A stretch of DNA of 64,000 nucleotides from a bacterium (GCA_043825615.1 JBDRRS010000014.1:31029-95028); one strand, 5' to 3'; shown: positions 1 through 10,046, counted from the first letter of the stretch. Translations and numbers: made by a program. Notes: a model not told the origin generated them from the letters alone.

Positions 1-527
1 CGTTTGCGCGTGTGTCTATTTTTGAATGCCTCAAAGAAAAAACGGGCATTGATTTTAAGGGGAATCTCGGCCGTGACAATCTCCGCGCGCAGGCGGAAAA
101 ACTTGGAATCAGTTTTGAAAAAGATGCGCCGCCGGCTAAAATTTTCGAAAACATTTATGAAGAAGTCATCCTGAAAGATATGGGAATGCCGGTCTTTCTT
201 ATGGACTTTCCCGAGGAATTTTCACCTCTGGCGAAACCCCGATGCGGGACACCGATAGCGGAAAGGTTTGAGCTCTACATAAACAATATGGAAATTGCGA
301 ATGCTTATTCGGAACTGAATGATCCCGTCCGGCAGAGGGCGCACTTTGCGAGTCAGGCGGATGTCAGCGGGAAAGAACAGATAGACGAGGACTTTCTCGA
401 AGCCCTTGAATACGGGATGCCTCCGACAGGGGGGCTGGGAATAGGCATTGACCGTCTCATTATGGCGCTAAGCGGCAGTCAATCAATAAAGGATGTCATA
501 ATATTCCCGCAGCTGAAGAGCAGGTGA
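1..527 (+). CDS. lysS: Lysyl-tRNA synthetase, C-terminal part (5' end lies outside the window)
   Basis: Class II aaRS motif 3 region GMPPTGGLGIGIDRLIMAL...IIFP typical of LysS; the ORF runs off the window start. Confidence 0.85.
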   Translation, partial: FARVSIFECLKEKTGIDFKGNLGRDNLRAQAEKLGISFEKDAPPAKIFENIYEEVILKDMGMPVFLMDFPEEFSPLAKPRCGTPIAERFELYINNMEIANAYSELNDPVRQRAHFASQADVSGKEQIDEDFLEALEYGMPPTGGLGIGIDRLIMALSGSQSIKDVIIFPQLKSR

Positions 528-1741
528 GTTCCGCAAAACTGCAATTCTTTATTGCAAGAAGATACCTTTTTTCCAGAAGGAAAGAGGTTTTTCTTCTGAT
601 TTCAACGCTCATTTCCATTCTTGGAATAACAATCGGCGTCGCCGCTCTTCTTATAACCCTGTCCGTGATGAACGGGTTTCACACTGACCTGAAAAATAAA
701 TTTGTTTCAACCTCATCCCCGATAAATGTTCTTCTGCCCGCAACCTATAGCCGTGACGAGTGGACTAAACTGATGACGGAAATTTGCGGTGTAAAGGGCG
801 TTTCCGCTTGCGCGCCTTACGTTCTGAATCAGGCGGTTTTCACAAAGCGGACCCGTTCGCAGGGAATTGCCGTTAAGGGAATTGATACGGAAAAAGAAAA
901 GTCCGTAACGGCAATAAAAAATCAGATTACGGAGGGGAATTACTCGCTGGAAGGAGGTGAAATTTTTGTCGGGTCGGAACTCGCCAGGAGTTTCGGTCTC
1001 GGAGCGGGGGACAGCGTTTTCCTCACGCTGCCGCCTGCGGAAATGGCCGCTTTTACCGGCGGCCGTGTCGGGGAGTTTAAGATTGCGGGAATTTTCTCGT
1101 CGGGAATGTGGGAATACGACATGAACCTTGTTTATATAAACATTCGCCGGATGCAGCAGCTCTACGGGCTGGGGGACTCTATAACGGGCATTGAGGTTGC
1201 GCTTTACGATGCCGACAAAGCGGACAGTATTGCCGCTCTTATAAGGGAAAAAATGACGCACCGTTTGTGGGTGAGAACATGGAAGGAAACGAACAGAACG
1301 CTTTTTGCGGCTCTGGAACTGGAAAAGAAAATGATGTTCATAATTCTCTCGCTTATCGTGATGGTGGCGGTTTTCAACATAATTTCAAGTTTGCTTCTCC
1401 AGACGATAGAGAAAGTTAAGGACATAGGGGTTCTGAAAGCGGTGGGCGCGGACAGAAAATTCATAGAAGGTATCTTTGCTTTTCAGGGCCTGATAAACGG
1501 GACGTTCGGAATTGTTCTCGGGAACATCATTGCGGTTGTCGTCTGTGTTCTCCTCAAGAGATACCGCTTCATTGAAATCCCGGCAGAAGTTTATTATCTT
1601 GATAAACTTCCGGTAATAATGAGTTTGAGGGACTTTATTCTCGTGGATGCCGTGAGCATTATTTTAACTTTCTTCGCTTCGTTTATTCCCGCCCGGCAGG
1701 CGGGAAAAATCAGTCCGGCAGCCGCTTTAAAGTATGAATAA
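524..1741 (+). CDS. lolC: Lipoprotein-releasing system permease LolC/E (FtsX-like)
   Basis: 405 aa with an N-terminal TM helix, a large periplasmic loop and three C-terminal TM helices. GTG start overlaps the lysS stop. The lolD ATPase gene follows immediately. Confidence 0.75.
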   Translation: MSSAKLQFFIARRYLFSRRKEVFLLISTLISILGITIGVAALLITLSVMNGFHTDLKNKFVSTSSPINVLLPATYSRDEWTKLMTEICGVKGVSACAPYVLNQAVFTKRTRSQGIAVKGIDTEKEKSVTAIKNQITEGNYSLEGGEIFVGSELARSFGLGAGDSVFLTLPPAEMAAFTGGRVGEFKIAGIFSSGMWEYDMNLVYINIRRMQQLYGLGDSITGIEVALYDADKADSIAALIREKMTHRLWVRTWKETNRTLFAALELEKKMMFIILSLIVMVAVFNIISSLLLQTIEKVKDIGVLKAVGADRKFIEGIFAFQGLINGTFGIVLGNIIAVVVCVLLKRYRFIEIPAEVYYLDKLPVIMSLRDFILVDAVSIILTFFASFIPARQAGKISPAAALKYE

Positions 1742-2408
1742 TCTGCTTGTTTTTGAAAATGTGTGGAAAATTTACTCCGAAGGAACTTCTCTGGAGGTAG
1801 CCGCATTAAGAGACATAAATCTTGAAATAGAAAAAGGTTCCTTCACGTATGTTCTCGGGCCTTCGGGCTCCGGCAAAACGACGCTCTTGAATATTGCCGG
1901 TCTTCTTGATGCGCCGTCTAAGGGTCGGATCCTTTTTGCGGGCAGGGTCATCCACTCCGACGACGGCAGGGAGCGGGCGCGGTTAAGAAATTCTTCCATC
2001 GGTTTTGTTTTTCAGCAGCCGAGTTTCCTCCCGGAGTTTACCGCTCTGGAAAATGTTGTTCTTCCGGCTTTAATCGGCGGGCGGACGGAAAGCGCGGTTG
2101 TTCCGGAAGTCCGGAAAATGTTTCAGGAAATGGGTATGGAAAAACGTATGGAGCATTTCCCGGGCCAGCTTTCGGGAGGAGAGTTGCAGCGTCTTACAAT
2201 CCTGAGGGCTCTGGTAAATAAACCGGAGATTATTTTGTGCGACGAGCCGACGGGCCAGCTCGACGAGAAGAATGCGGGAATCGTGCTCGGCGCCATGGAG
2301 GAAATTTTTAAAAGATTCGGCGCGACTGTTCTTTTTGTCACTCATAATGAGGAATTGACGAAAATCGGAAAAAAAGTTATCAATTTAAGAAATGGCCGGA
2401 TTGTTTGA
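1734..2408 (+). CDS. lolD: Lipoprotein-releasing system ATP-binding protein LolD
   Basis: Walker A GPSGSGKTT, ABC signature LSGGELQR and a Walker B ILCDEPTGQLD. Start overlaps the permease gene stop. Confidence 0.8.
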   Translation: MNNLLVFENVWKIYSEGTSLEVAALRDINLEIEKGSFTYVLGPSGSGKTTLLNIAGLLDAPSKGRILFAGRVIHSDDGRERARLRNSSIGFVFQQPSFLPEFTALENVVLPALIGGRTESAVVPEVRKMFQEMGMEKRMEHFPGQLSGGELQRLTILRALVNKPEIILCDEPTGQLDEKNAGIVLGAMEEIFKRFGATVLFVTHNEELTKIGKKVINLRNGRIV

Positions 2409-2442
2409 ATGGAAATTCTTTATATTATAATAAGGAGATGAT

Positions 2443-3312
2443 ATGCTGAAAATTTTACTTGACGGTAAACTGGTTGACGAAAACGAGGCGAAAATTTCCG
2501 TTTTTGACCACGGACTTCTTTACGGCGACGGTGTTTTTGAGGGGATTCGCGCCTATTCCGGCCGCGTTTTCCGTCTGAAAGAACATGTGGACCGTCTGTT
2601 TGATTCGGCGAAAGCCATTATGCTGGATATCCCCGTTTCCGAAAAGAAAATGCTCGGGGAAATCCTTGCGACCATCAGGGCGAATTCTCTCCGAGACGCT
2701 TACATAAGGGTTGTCGTTACAAGGGGGAAGGGTGACCTCGGCCTCGACCCCGTGAAGTGCCCGCGCCCGACCTATTTCATAATAGCCGATAAGATTGCTT
2801 TATATCCGAAGGAATTTTATGAAAAAGGTCTTAAAATAGCCACGGTGAGTATCAGAAAAAATATTCCGGAGGCGATAAATCCGAGAATAAAATCCCTGAA
2901 TTACTTAAACGGCATTCTCGCCAAAATAGAAGGTCGGCAGCGCGGCGTTGAGGAAGCGCTACTTCTGAATAAAGACGGGTTTGTCGCGGAATGCACGGGA
3001 GACAACATTTTTATTGTTTCGCACGGTAAATTGATAACTCCGCATTATTCTGCCGGCGCGCTGGAAGGTATCACCCAGCAGGCGGTTATAGGTCTTGCCG
3101 GAAAAAATAAAATGGAAGTTCACAGAGAATTTTTCACAAGATTCTGTATTTTTACGGCGGAGGAGTGTTTTTTGACGGGAACGGCCGCGGAAATCATTCC
3201 GGTCATTGAGGTGGACGGGAGAAAGATAGGAGACGGGAAACCGGGAAAAATTACCCGCCGGCTGATTTCGGAATTCCGACGCCTTGTGAAGACGACAGGG
3301 ACGCCGATATAA
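2443..3312 (+). CDS. ilvE: Branched-chain amino acid aminotransferase (class IV PLP aminotransferase)
   Basis: 289 aa. The N-terminus ISVFDHGLLYGDGVFEGIRAY aligns with the IlvE signature region. Short-form class IV fold enzyme. Confidence 0.7.
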   Translation: MLKILLDGKLVDENEAKISVFDHGLLYGDGVFEGIRAYSGRVFRLKEHVDRLFDSAKAIMLDIPVSEKKMLGEILATIRANSLRDAYIRVVVTRGKGDLGLDPVKCPRPTYFIIADKIALYPKEFYEKGLKIATVSIRKNIPEAINPRIKSLNYLNGILAKIEGRQRGVEEALLLNKDGFVAECTGDNIFIVSHGKLITPHYSAGALEGITQQAVIGLAGKNKMEVHREFFTRFCIFTAEECFLTGTAAEIIPVIEVDGRKIGDGKPGKITRRLISEFRRLVKTTGTPI

Positions 3313-3391
3313 AATTTAAAATGCAGCAGCAGAAATTGCGCTGCCTGTTTTGGCCGTTAAGAATAGAAATGACATTGACGGGAATGTGATT

Positions 3392-3883
3392 ATGCTTTGT
3401 GATATCTGTCATCAGAAAGAGGCTGTCATACATTTTACCCAGATAGTAAACGGCGAGGTCACAAAAATGCACTTTTGCGAAGAGTGCGCTTCGGAACAGG
3501 AAATTTCCTTAAACGATCTGCCGGATAAGCCGTTTGACCTTCTGAGTAAATTCCTTTCCGCCCTGGCGCTGCCCGAAACTTTTACCGATACAAAATGTCC
3601 GACCTGCGGAAAGATGCTTTCCGAATTCAAAAAGGACGGCAAACTCGGCTGCCCCGAGTGCTGGAACGTTTTCAGGTCTGATATCGTTCCTCTTTTGAAA
3701 AAACTGCACGGCAAAACCCGTCAGAAAATTAGTTCTTCGGAGCCACCGCAAACCCGCGTCTCCGCAAAAGTAAGAGTTCTTCAGGGTAAACTGCAGGAGG
3801 CGGTGGAGAAGGAAGAATTTGAAGCGGCGGCAAAAATCAGGGACGAGATAAAAAATATAAAAAATGAAAAGAAAAAAACATAA
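3392..3883 (+). CDS. mcsA: Protein-arginine kinase activator McsA-like (zinc-finger plus UVR domain)
   Basis: CxxC...CxxC pairs (CDICH, CEEC, CPTCG, CPEC) followed by a UVR motif LQGKLQEAVEKEEFEAAAKIRDEIKNI. It sits directly upstream of mcsB. The longer ORF from 3350 is also possible. Confidence 0.7.
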   Translation: MLCDICHQKEAVIHFTQIVNGEVTKMHFCEECASEQEISLNDLPDKPFDLLSKFLSALALPETFTDTKCPTCGKMLSEFKKDGKLGCPECWNVFRSDIVPLLKKLHGKTRQKISSSEPPQTRVSAKVRVLQGKLQEAVEKEEFEAAAKIRDEIKNIKNEKKKT

Positions 3884-3901
3884 AAAAGTCAAAAAACAAA
3901 A

Positions 3902-4942
3902 ATGGTTTTAAGGGACTTTGCATCCAGAAGCTGCGAGTGGCTTGATTCGGACACATCATCGCCTTTTATTTCAACAAGAATACGTTTTGCGAGGAACATG
4001 GATGGATTTTTTTTTCCAAACCGCGCCGGCCATTCACAGCAGGCGGAGATAAGAAAACTCGCTTTTGAGAAAATAGGGAGACAAGAAAAATGGAAGAACT
4101 GTAAAAAAATTGCTCTTGAGGATATTGACATCACCGACAGGCGTCTTCTTCTGGAAAGACACCTTGCGAGTTATGACCTTGTGTTCACGGATAGAGTGGC
4201 GGGGCTTGTCGTTAATGAAAAAGAGTCAATGAGCATAATGGTGAACGAGGAAGACCATCTGCGTCTCCAGATATTCGGTCTCGGTTTCAATTTAAACGAT
4301 ACGTTTAATCTTGCCTCTTGCGTTTCAAAGGAAATAAGCGAAAATTTTGATTTTGCAAAACATCCCGAGTTCGGTTTTCTTACCGCCTGTCCTACGAACG
4401 TCGGAACAGGTCTGAGAATTTCGTTTCTGGCGCATCTTCCCGCTCTTGTAAGGACAAATCATATGGGGGAGGTGATTGATTCGCTAAGCCGCCTCGGGAT
4501 TGTTGTAAGGGGTTTCTACGGTGAGGCGACAAATCCCGTCGGAGATTTTTTCCAGATATCAAACCAGATAACGCTCGGGGTCTCCGAAAACGACATCATC
4601 GAGAAACTGACGGCAATTACTTCCGAACTCGAAGATGCATCGCAGAAGGCGGAAAACGAGCTTTTGAAAAAGAATAGAATTGAGATTGAGGACGCAATTT
4701 ACAGAAGTTACGGGATTATCCAGTATGCGAAGAAAATTTCCTACGAAGAATTGATGAGTTGCGTATCCGACATAAGGTTCGGTCTGAAAACAGGAATGCC
4801 TCTTCCCATCGGCGGAGACCGTCTGAACGACCTTCTCTTTCTGTCCCAGCCCGCTCACATAGAGGAAAGGGCCGGCAGAAATTTGCCCCCTCCTGAAAGA
4901 GATGAGGCAAGAAGTGAGTTCATAAAAGAAACGCTGGGTTAA
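3902..4942 (+). CDS. mcsB: Protein arginine kinase McsB (ATP:guanido phosphotransferase)
   Basis: Phosphagen-kinase active-site motif CPTNVGTGLR. 346 aa, the typical McsB length. Confidence 0.8.
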   Translation: MVLRDFASRSCEWLDSDTSSPFISTRIRFARNMDGFFFPNRAGHSQQAEIRKLAFEKIGRQEKWKNCKKIALEDIDITDRRLLLERHLASYDLVFTDRVAGLVVNEKESMSIMVNEEDHLRLQIFGLGFNLNDTFNLASCVSKEISENFDFAKHPEFGFLTACPTNVGTGLRISFLAHLPALVRTNHMGEVIDSLSRLGIVVRGFYGEATNPVGDFFQISNQITLGVSENDIIEKLTAITSELEDASQKAENELLKKNRIEIEDAIYRSYGIIQYAKKISYEELMSCVSDIRFGLKTGMPLPIGGDRLNDLLFLSQPAHIEERAGRNLPPPERDEARSEFIKETLG

Positions 4943-5042
4943 AATTCCCGCCACGGCATAAGGTATTGACTTAATTGTAATTATGACAGCAATTCTAAAA
5001 ACCAGTTTTTCACTAGACGAGAAATTTTTAACGGCGAAAAAA

Positions 5043-5175
5043 TGTCATTGCCCTCTGCAATCCAAAGGATTGCGAGGACTTGGTCCCGGGAATTCTCCGA
5101 ATTCCTCGGGGCGAGTCCGCCTAAGGCGGACGTGGCAATCTCGAGATTGCTTCGGCTGCGCCTCGCAATGACACT
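5043..5175. repeat. Intergenic palindromic repeat element, family R1 copy 1 (terminal inverted repeats TGTCATTGC...GCAATGACA, stacked internal hairpins)
   Basis: The 3' half ...CGTGGCAATCTCGAGATTGCTTCGG...CCTCGCAATGACAC is the reverse complement of the copy at 10080-10152. It contains the perfect palindrome GCAATCTCGAGATTGC and the hairpins GCAATCC/GGATTGC and GTCCGCC/GGCGGAC. Confidence 0.5.
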
Positions 5176-5330
5176 TCGTGTCATTTCTTAACGATTTTTT
5201 CACCTAAATTTCTCTATATCGTTTCAAAACTGATTTTTAGAACCAGTTATATGTTTCACTTAATTTTTACTTTGTTTTTTTGTAATCGGGTTTTTACGGT
5301 ACTTGATGAAATTTTGTTATAATTATTCTG

Positions 5331-7016
5331 ATGAAAGGCGGGAAGGTTCTTTTTTTATATGCTGTCTGCGGTATTTCGGGGCAGATTCTGTTTTTGTTTG
5401 CACCGTCTGCGGTCGGGGTATCCGGCTATTATGCTTTTGCCTCTGCCGGTTTTGTCTGCTGGCTCTCTGCCGCATTGATTTTTTTCAGAAAGACCTTAAA
5501 GCCCGGATTTAAAGAAACAAACGGGGAAGTACCGTTAAACCTGCCCTCCATTGCCCGCGGTTTCCGGCGCTGGCAGGCGGGGGCCGCTTTTCTGCTTATA
5601 ATGGCCTCGGCATTTTATTTCCGTATGCACAGGTTAGAGGAAGTTCCGGGCGGGCTGTGGTATGATGAGGCAATCAATCTTCTTGACGCCCGCTCTACCG
5701 CCGGCGGTGACATCAGGATAATATACAACTCGTACGGACATCCGCGTCAGCCGCTTTACATTTATTTCACGGCGCTGATAATAAAACTGATTCCGGAATC
5801 GCCTCTTGCTTTGCGCCTGTCAAGCGCGCTGTTTTCGGTCATCACGATTGCCGTGATGTTTCTGGCGGTCTCCGTGATGTTCGGATTCCCGACGGCATTT
5901 TTTTCCTGCTTTCTTTTCGCGACCTCATTCTGGATAACGGCTTTGAGCCGCACCGGTTTCAGGGCGGTGACAAGCCCTCTTTTTGAAATACTGCTTTTGT
6001 GGCTTTTTTATTCATGGCTTTCCGGAAAAAGAAAAGAAACACTTAATGCTTTTCTTGCCGGCGCCGTAACGGGGTTTGGCTGTTACACTTATCTTGCGTT
6101 TTACTCTCTCCTGATAACAGCGCCGGTTATTTTTTTATTTCTCGGTAAAAAACTGCGTTCCCCCTGCCGAAGCGGCGCGGCATTCACGTGCGCTTTGCTC
6201 ATCACGCTGAGTCCGCTTGTGTATCATTATTCAAAATATCCGGAGGATTTACTCAAAAGGGGCGCCGAGGTATCGGTTTTAAATTCTCCCGCTCCCGCCG
6301 CGGAGATTCTTAAAAATGTCCTCAAAACGGCCGCGGCATTTAATTTGTATACGGGCGGGAAACACCCGAGGTCTTTGCCGCCCGCCCGGGCTCTTTTAAA
6401 CTGCGCCGCCGGATTTCTTTTTATAACGGGTTTTCTTTGGGGCTTCGGAAAGAAAGGGAAGTACCGTCTTGTGTTTATTTTTCTGGCGGCTTCGCTTATT
6501 CCCTCGATATTGTCGTCCGGCGCGCCGCACCCTTTAAGGCTTGTCAATGCCGCCGTTCCGGTTTTTATATTGTGCGGCGCGGCTTTGAGTTCAATCTCCG
6601 GCAAACGGATTGTTAAAACGGCAGTTCCTCTTTTGTTTCTGTTGCTGTCTCTCGCCGGCGACCATCGCGCTTATTTCAGTGAATACGCGGAAAATCCCGA
6701 ACTCTGGTATGCTTTTGAGAAAGATGCCTGCGCCGCGGTTCCCTTTATTCTGGAAAAACAGAAAAGTTACAGTTTATATTTTTCAAAACGGTGGGAGAAT
6801 AATCCTGTTTTCCGGCTGGTGCCGGCTATCAAACACGAGGGCATAAGAAAGGACGGACGTTATGATATGGATAAAGCGCTGTTTTTGATATCGGGGTATG
6901 AAATACAGAATTATGAGTGGCTGAAGAAACGTTACCCGGAGTTAAAGTTATTCAGGCTCTGCGATACGGAAACCGGAAATCTCATCACCTGTATTTTCAG
7001 CAAACGCCCTTTGTGA
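5331..7016 (+). CDS. Polytopic membrane glycosyltransferase, GT39/GT83 (ArnT/PMT-like) family, putative
   Basis: 561 aa with about 11 predicted TM helices. A YDEA motif lies in the first periplasmic loop. An AT-rich promoter-like region lies upstream. Confidence 0.5.
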   Translation: MKGGKVLFLYAVCGISGQILFLFAPSAVGVSGYYAFASAGFVCWLSAALIFFRKTLKPGFKETNGEVPLNLPSIARGFRRWQAGAAFLLIMASAFYFRMHRLEEVPGGLWYDEAINLLDARSTAGGDIRIIYNSYGHPRQPLYIYFTALIIKLIPESPLALRLSSALFSVITIAVMFLAVSVMFGFPTAFFSCFLFATSFWITALSRTGFRAVTSPLFEILLLWLFYSWLSGKRKETLNAFLAGAVTGFGCYTYLAFYSLLITAPVIFLFLGKKLRSPCRSGAAFTCALLITLSPLVYHYSKYPEDLLKRGAEVSVLNSPAPAAEILKNVLKTAAAFNLYTGGKHPRSLPPARALLNCAAGFLFITGFLWGFGKKGKYRLVFIFLAASLIPSILSSGAPHPLRLVNAAVPVFILCGAALSSISGKRIVKTAVPLLFLLLSLAGDHRAYFSEYAENPELWYAFEKDACAAVPFILEKQKSYSLYFSKRWENNPVFRLVPAIKHEGIRKDGRYDMDKALFLISGYEIQNYEWLKKRYPELKLFRLCDTETGNLITCIFSKRPL

Positions 7017-7099
7017 AACTCTCGGGAGCCGGGCATTTTTGAAATTATCCTCTTTACAATTCAGGCAATAATTTGTCAAATAACTGCGGGTAGATAAAA

Positions 7100-7975
7100 G
7101 TGAAAACATTGCAGGAAATAATTCTTAAATTATCCTCTTTCTGGGGGGATAACGGCTGCGTGATTGCCGAGCCGTACGATGTGGAGAAAGGCGCGGGCAC
7201 TTTCAACCCTATGACTTTTCTGAAACTTTTTGACGGGAACAACTGGAGGGCGGCTTATGTGGAGCCGTCCCGCCGTCCGCAGGACGGACGGTACGGGGAA
7301 AATCCCTTCCGTCTTTACAAGCATTTTCAGTTTCAGGTGATTCTCAAGCCCGCGCCGAAAAATTCGAGGGTTCTTTACCTGAAAAGTTTAAAAACCATAG
7401 GGATTGACCTGAAGAGGCACGACATAAGATTTTTGGAGGACAACTGGGAGTCCCCCACCCTCGGAGCGTGGGGCAGGGGCTGGGAAGTGCGTCTCGACGG
7501 GCTTGAGATAACGCAGTTCACGTACTTCCAGCAGGCCGGCGGAATTGACCTTGAAATGATTCCTGTGGAACTCACATACGGTCTTGAGCGTATCGCGATG
7601 TTTCTTTCAAAAAAAAGGAATGTTTTTGATGTTGAATGGGCGCGCGGTGTTGATTACGGGGCGATGCGCAGGGAAGAAGAAAGTCAGTTCAGCAGGTATT
7701 ATTTTGACGAGGCGCCCGCACCTGACCTGCTCGGAATTTTTTCTTTTTACGAGAAGGAAACGGAACGGCTGATTTTTCTCTCTCTGCCGCTTCCCGCATA
7801 CGACTGTCTCCTGAAAATGTCGCATATTTTCAACGTTGTCGACGCAAGAGGAGGTTTTGACCACGCGACGAGAACGGCGTTCGTAAAAAAAATAAGAGGT
7901 TTCGCAGGCAGAATTGCGGCGTATGTAAAGGAAAATAAAGTATTTATGCCGAACAGTCGGTATCGAAAGGGATGA
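7100..7975 (+). CDS. glyQ: Glycyl-tRNA synthetase alpha subunit
   Basis: Strong GlyQ similarity throughout (WGDNGCVIAEPYD, RPQDGRYGENPFRL, FQFQVILKP, TQFTYFQQAGG). GTG start. Confidence 0.9.
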   Translation: MKTLQEIILKLSSFWGDNGCVIAEPYDVEKGAGTFNPMTFLKLFDGNNWRAAYVEPSRRPQDGRYGENPFRLYKHFQFQVILKPAPKNSRVLYLKSLKTIGIDLKRHDIRFLEDNWESPTLGAWGRGWEVRLDGLEITQFTYFQQAGGIDLEMIPVELTYGLERIAMFLSKKRNVFDVEWARGVDYGAMRREEESQFSRYYFDEAPAPDLLGIFSFYEKETERLIFLSLPLPAYDCLLKMSHIFNVVDARGGFDHATRTAFVKKIRGFAGRIAAYVKENKVFMPNSRYRKG

Positions 7976-8009
7976 AAAGAGCAAGTGTCGTATTGCAAGA
8001 CCTGACCCC

Positions 8010-10046
8010 ATGAAAAGGTCTGATTTTCTTGCGGAATTGTGCGTTGAGGACCTGCCGGTTGATATCCAGGAGGAGGCGTCTCAGAGGATGCTTCTTGCCG
8101 TCGCCGAATTTTTCAAGAAAGAGAAAATTTTATTTTCGCTCATGCGTTCTTTCTCGACGCCGCGACGCCTGGCGGTTTTGTTCTGCGGCGTGGCGCGGGA
8201 AATTCCGGAGGAGAAGACCCTTATAAAAGGTCCGCCCGCCCGCATTTCCTTTGACGGGAAAGATGAGCCCACCGAGACCCTTAACGGTTTTCTGAAAAAA
8301 TTCGCCGCGGATATCGCTGATATTCGATTGAAGGCCACGGACAAGGGTGACTATGTTTTTCTCGAAAAAAGGAAACCGGAGAGGAAAACGGAAGATGTAA
8401 TAAGAAATAATATCGCCGGTATTCTGGAGACCCTTAAATTCGGTAAAACGATGAGATGGGATAAGTATTTTTTTCCGCGGCCCGTAAGGAACATTCTGAT
8501 TTTATTCGGCGGAAAGCCGCTCAGGATTTCCTGTTTCGGCATAAATTCGTCGAAAGGTTCCCGCAATTTTTTTAATGAGGCAATTATGGTGAAGAGTCCT
8601 TCAATGTATGAAAAAACGCTTGAAAGGAAGGGCATTATTGCCGACAGGGATAAGAGAAGGGGCGCGATTGCCGCGGGTCTCCTCCGCGCCGAAAAAATAC
8701 TGAAGGCAAAAGCCGTGCCGGACGACGATTTACTCGCGGAAACGGCGGGAATCTGCGAGCGCCCCTGCGTATTTCAGGCGGAATTTGACAAAAAATTTCT
8801 TTCGATGCCTACGGAAATTCTTGGGGAAACGCTGAAGATCCATCAGAAATGTTTCTCGCTAACGTCATTAAAAACGCCGCGCAAGGTCATTAACAAATTT
8901 ATTTTTGTTACCGACGGCGTAAATTCAAACATCCCGGAAATAACCGCTAATTACGAAAGATGCGTGGAGGCGAGATTCGAGGATTCAAAGTTTTTCTGGG
9001 AATCAGACAAGAAACGAAAACTGCCGGATTTTTACCCGGAACTTAAAAGCATAGCCAATGTCGGAAAGTTCGGGAATTTGGCGGATAAGGCGGAAAGGGT
9101 CGTGCGGGACGCCGGGGAGATTGCTTCGGTTTATGCGCCTTCCATGAATGAGCGGGTTAAGAATGTTTCGAAACTTCTTTATTGTGATTTTCCGACGAGA
9201 ATTGTTTTTGAATTTCCACTGCTCCACGGGATTGCCGCGTCTTATCTGGCGCTCGCACAGAATCTGCCCGGCGCTCCGGAGGTCAGGAATGCGGTGACGC
9301 TTGAAGAGATTTCCGATGTCTCGGCGGTTTGCGGTCTCGCCGACCGGCTTAATACGCTGAAATCGTTTTTTTATTCAGGGGTGTCCGTGACAACTTCCTC
9401 TGACCCGTACGGTCTGAAAAAAACGGCGGATGAGATTTGCAGAATTTTTGTAACCGCGGGGATTTATTTTGATTTAAACAGGGTCTTTTCAATTGTTTTT
9501 GACGATGTACCCGACGATATCCGCAAAAAAGTTGCGTCTTTTCTGCGCGCCAGGTTCGTGATTTTTCTTACAAAGAAAGGAATTGCCCGCGATGAAATTG
9601 ATATGGCAACGGAAAAATTTGAAGTTCCGAAGAGGTGTTTTGATATCGCCTCCGCGGTCGGTCTATTGAGAAAAAAAGAAGCGGTCCTTTTTGAAAAAAT
9701 CATTCTTGCGTCCAAGCGGGCGGAAAACATTCTGAAACAGGCGGAAAAACTTGGTATAAAGATGGGTGTTTTGGACGATAAATTTCTCGACGCCTGCGAG
9801 GAGGTTAATCTTTTTCAGGCGCTCAAAAAAGTTGAGGAGGCCGTCCTGTCCAATTGCGGTAAAAATGATTTTGAGGGCGCTTTGAATTGCCTCTCGGAGA
9901 TTAAAGCGCCGCTCGATTCCTTTTTTGACGGGGTTCTTGTGATGGACAAAGACGAAAAAATCAGGGACAACCGCCTTGCGCTGGTTAAGAGAATTTTAGA
10001 CCTCTTTTCAAATTTCGGTAAATTTTCTAACATTGTAATTATGTAG
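8010..10046 (+). CDS. glyS: Glycyl-tRNA synthetase beta subunit
   Basis: 678 aa immediately downstream of glyQ, the usual beta-subunit length and position. Confidence 0.85.
   Translation: MKRSDFLAELCVEDLPVDIQEEASQRMLLAVAEFFKKEKILFSLMRSFSTPRRLAVLFCGVAREIPEEKTLIKGPPARISFDGKDEPTETLNGFLKKFAADIADIRLKATDKGDYVFLEKRKPERKTEDVIRNNIAGILETLKFGKTMRWDKYFFPRPVRNILILFGGKPLRISCFGINSSKGSRNFFNEAIMVKSPSMYEKTLERKGIIADRDKRRGAIAAGLLRAEKILKAKAVPDDDLLAETAGICERPCVFQAEFDKKFLSMPTEILGETLKIHQKCFSLTSLKTPRKVINKFIFVTDGVNSNIPEITANYERCVEARFEDSKFFWESDKKRKLPDFYPELKSIANVGKFGNLADKAERVVRDAGEIASVYAPSMNERVKNVSKLLYCDFPTRIVFEFPLLHGIAASYLALAQNLPGAPEVRNAVTLEEISDVSAVCGLADRLNTLKSFFYSGVSVTTSSDPYGLKKTADEICRIFVTAGIYFDLNRVFSIVFDDVPDDIRKKVASFLRARFVIFLTKKGIARDEIDMATEKFEVPKRCFDIASAVGLLRKKEAVLFEKIILASKRAENILKQAEKLGIKMGVLDDKFLDACEEVNLFQALKKVEEAVLSNCGKNDFEGALNCLSEIKAPLDSFFDGVLVMDKDEKIRDNRLALVKRILDLFSNFGKFSNIVIM

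Noticed and set aside
4981-5184. ORF-track hits 4981-5184 (- strand) and 4983-5171 (+ strand) in the mcsB-downstream region
   Set aside because: Both lie entirely within the R1 palindromic repeat. Their open frames come from the inverted symmetry, and there is no start context or conservation signal.
5185-5330. AT-rich region before the GT39-like gene, considered as a promoter
   Set aside because: Several partial -35/-10 matches (TTTACG...TATAAT, TTGATG...TATAAT) but none with canonical spacing, so it is left unannotated.
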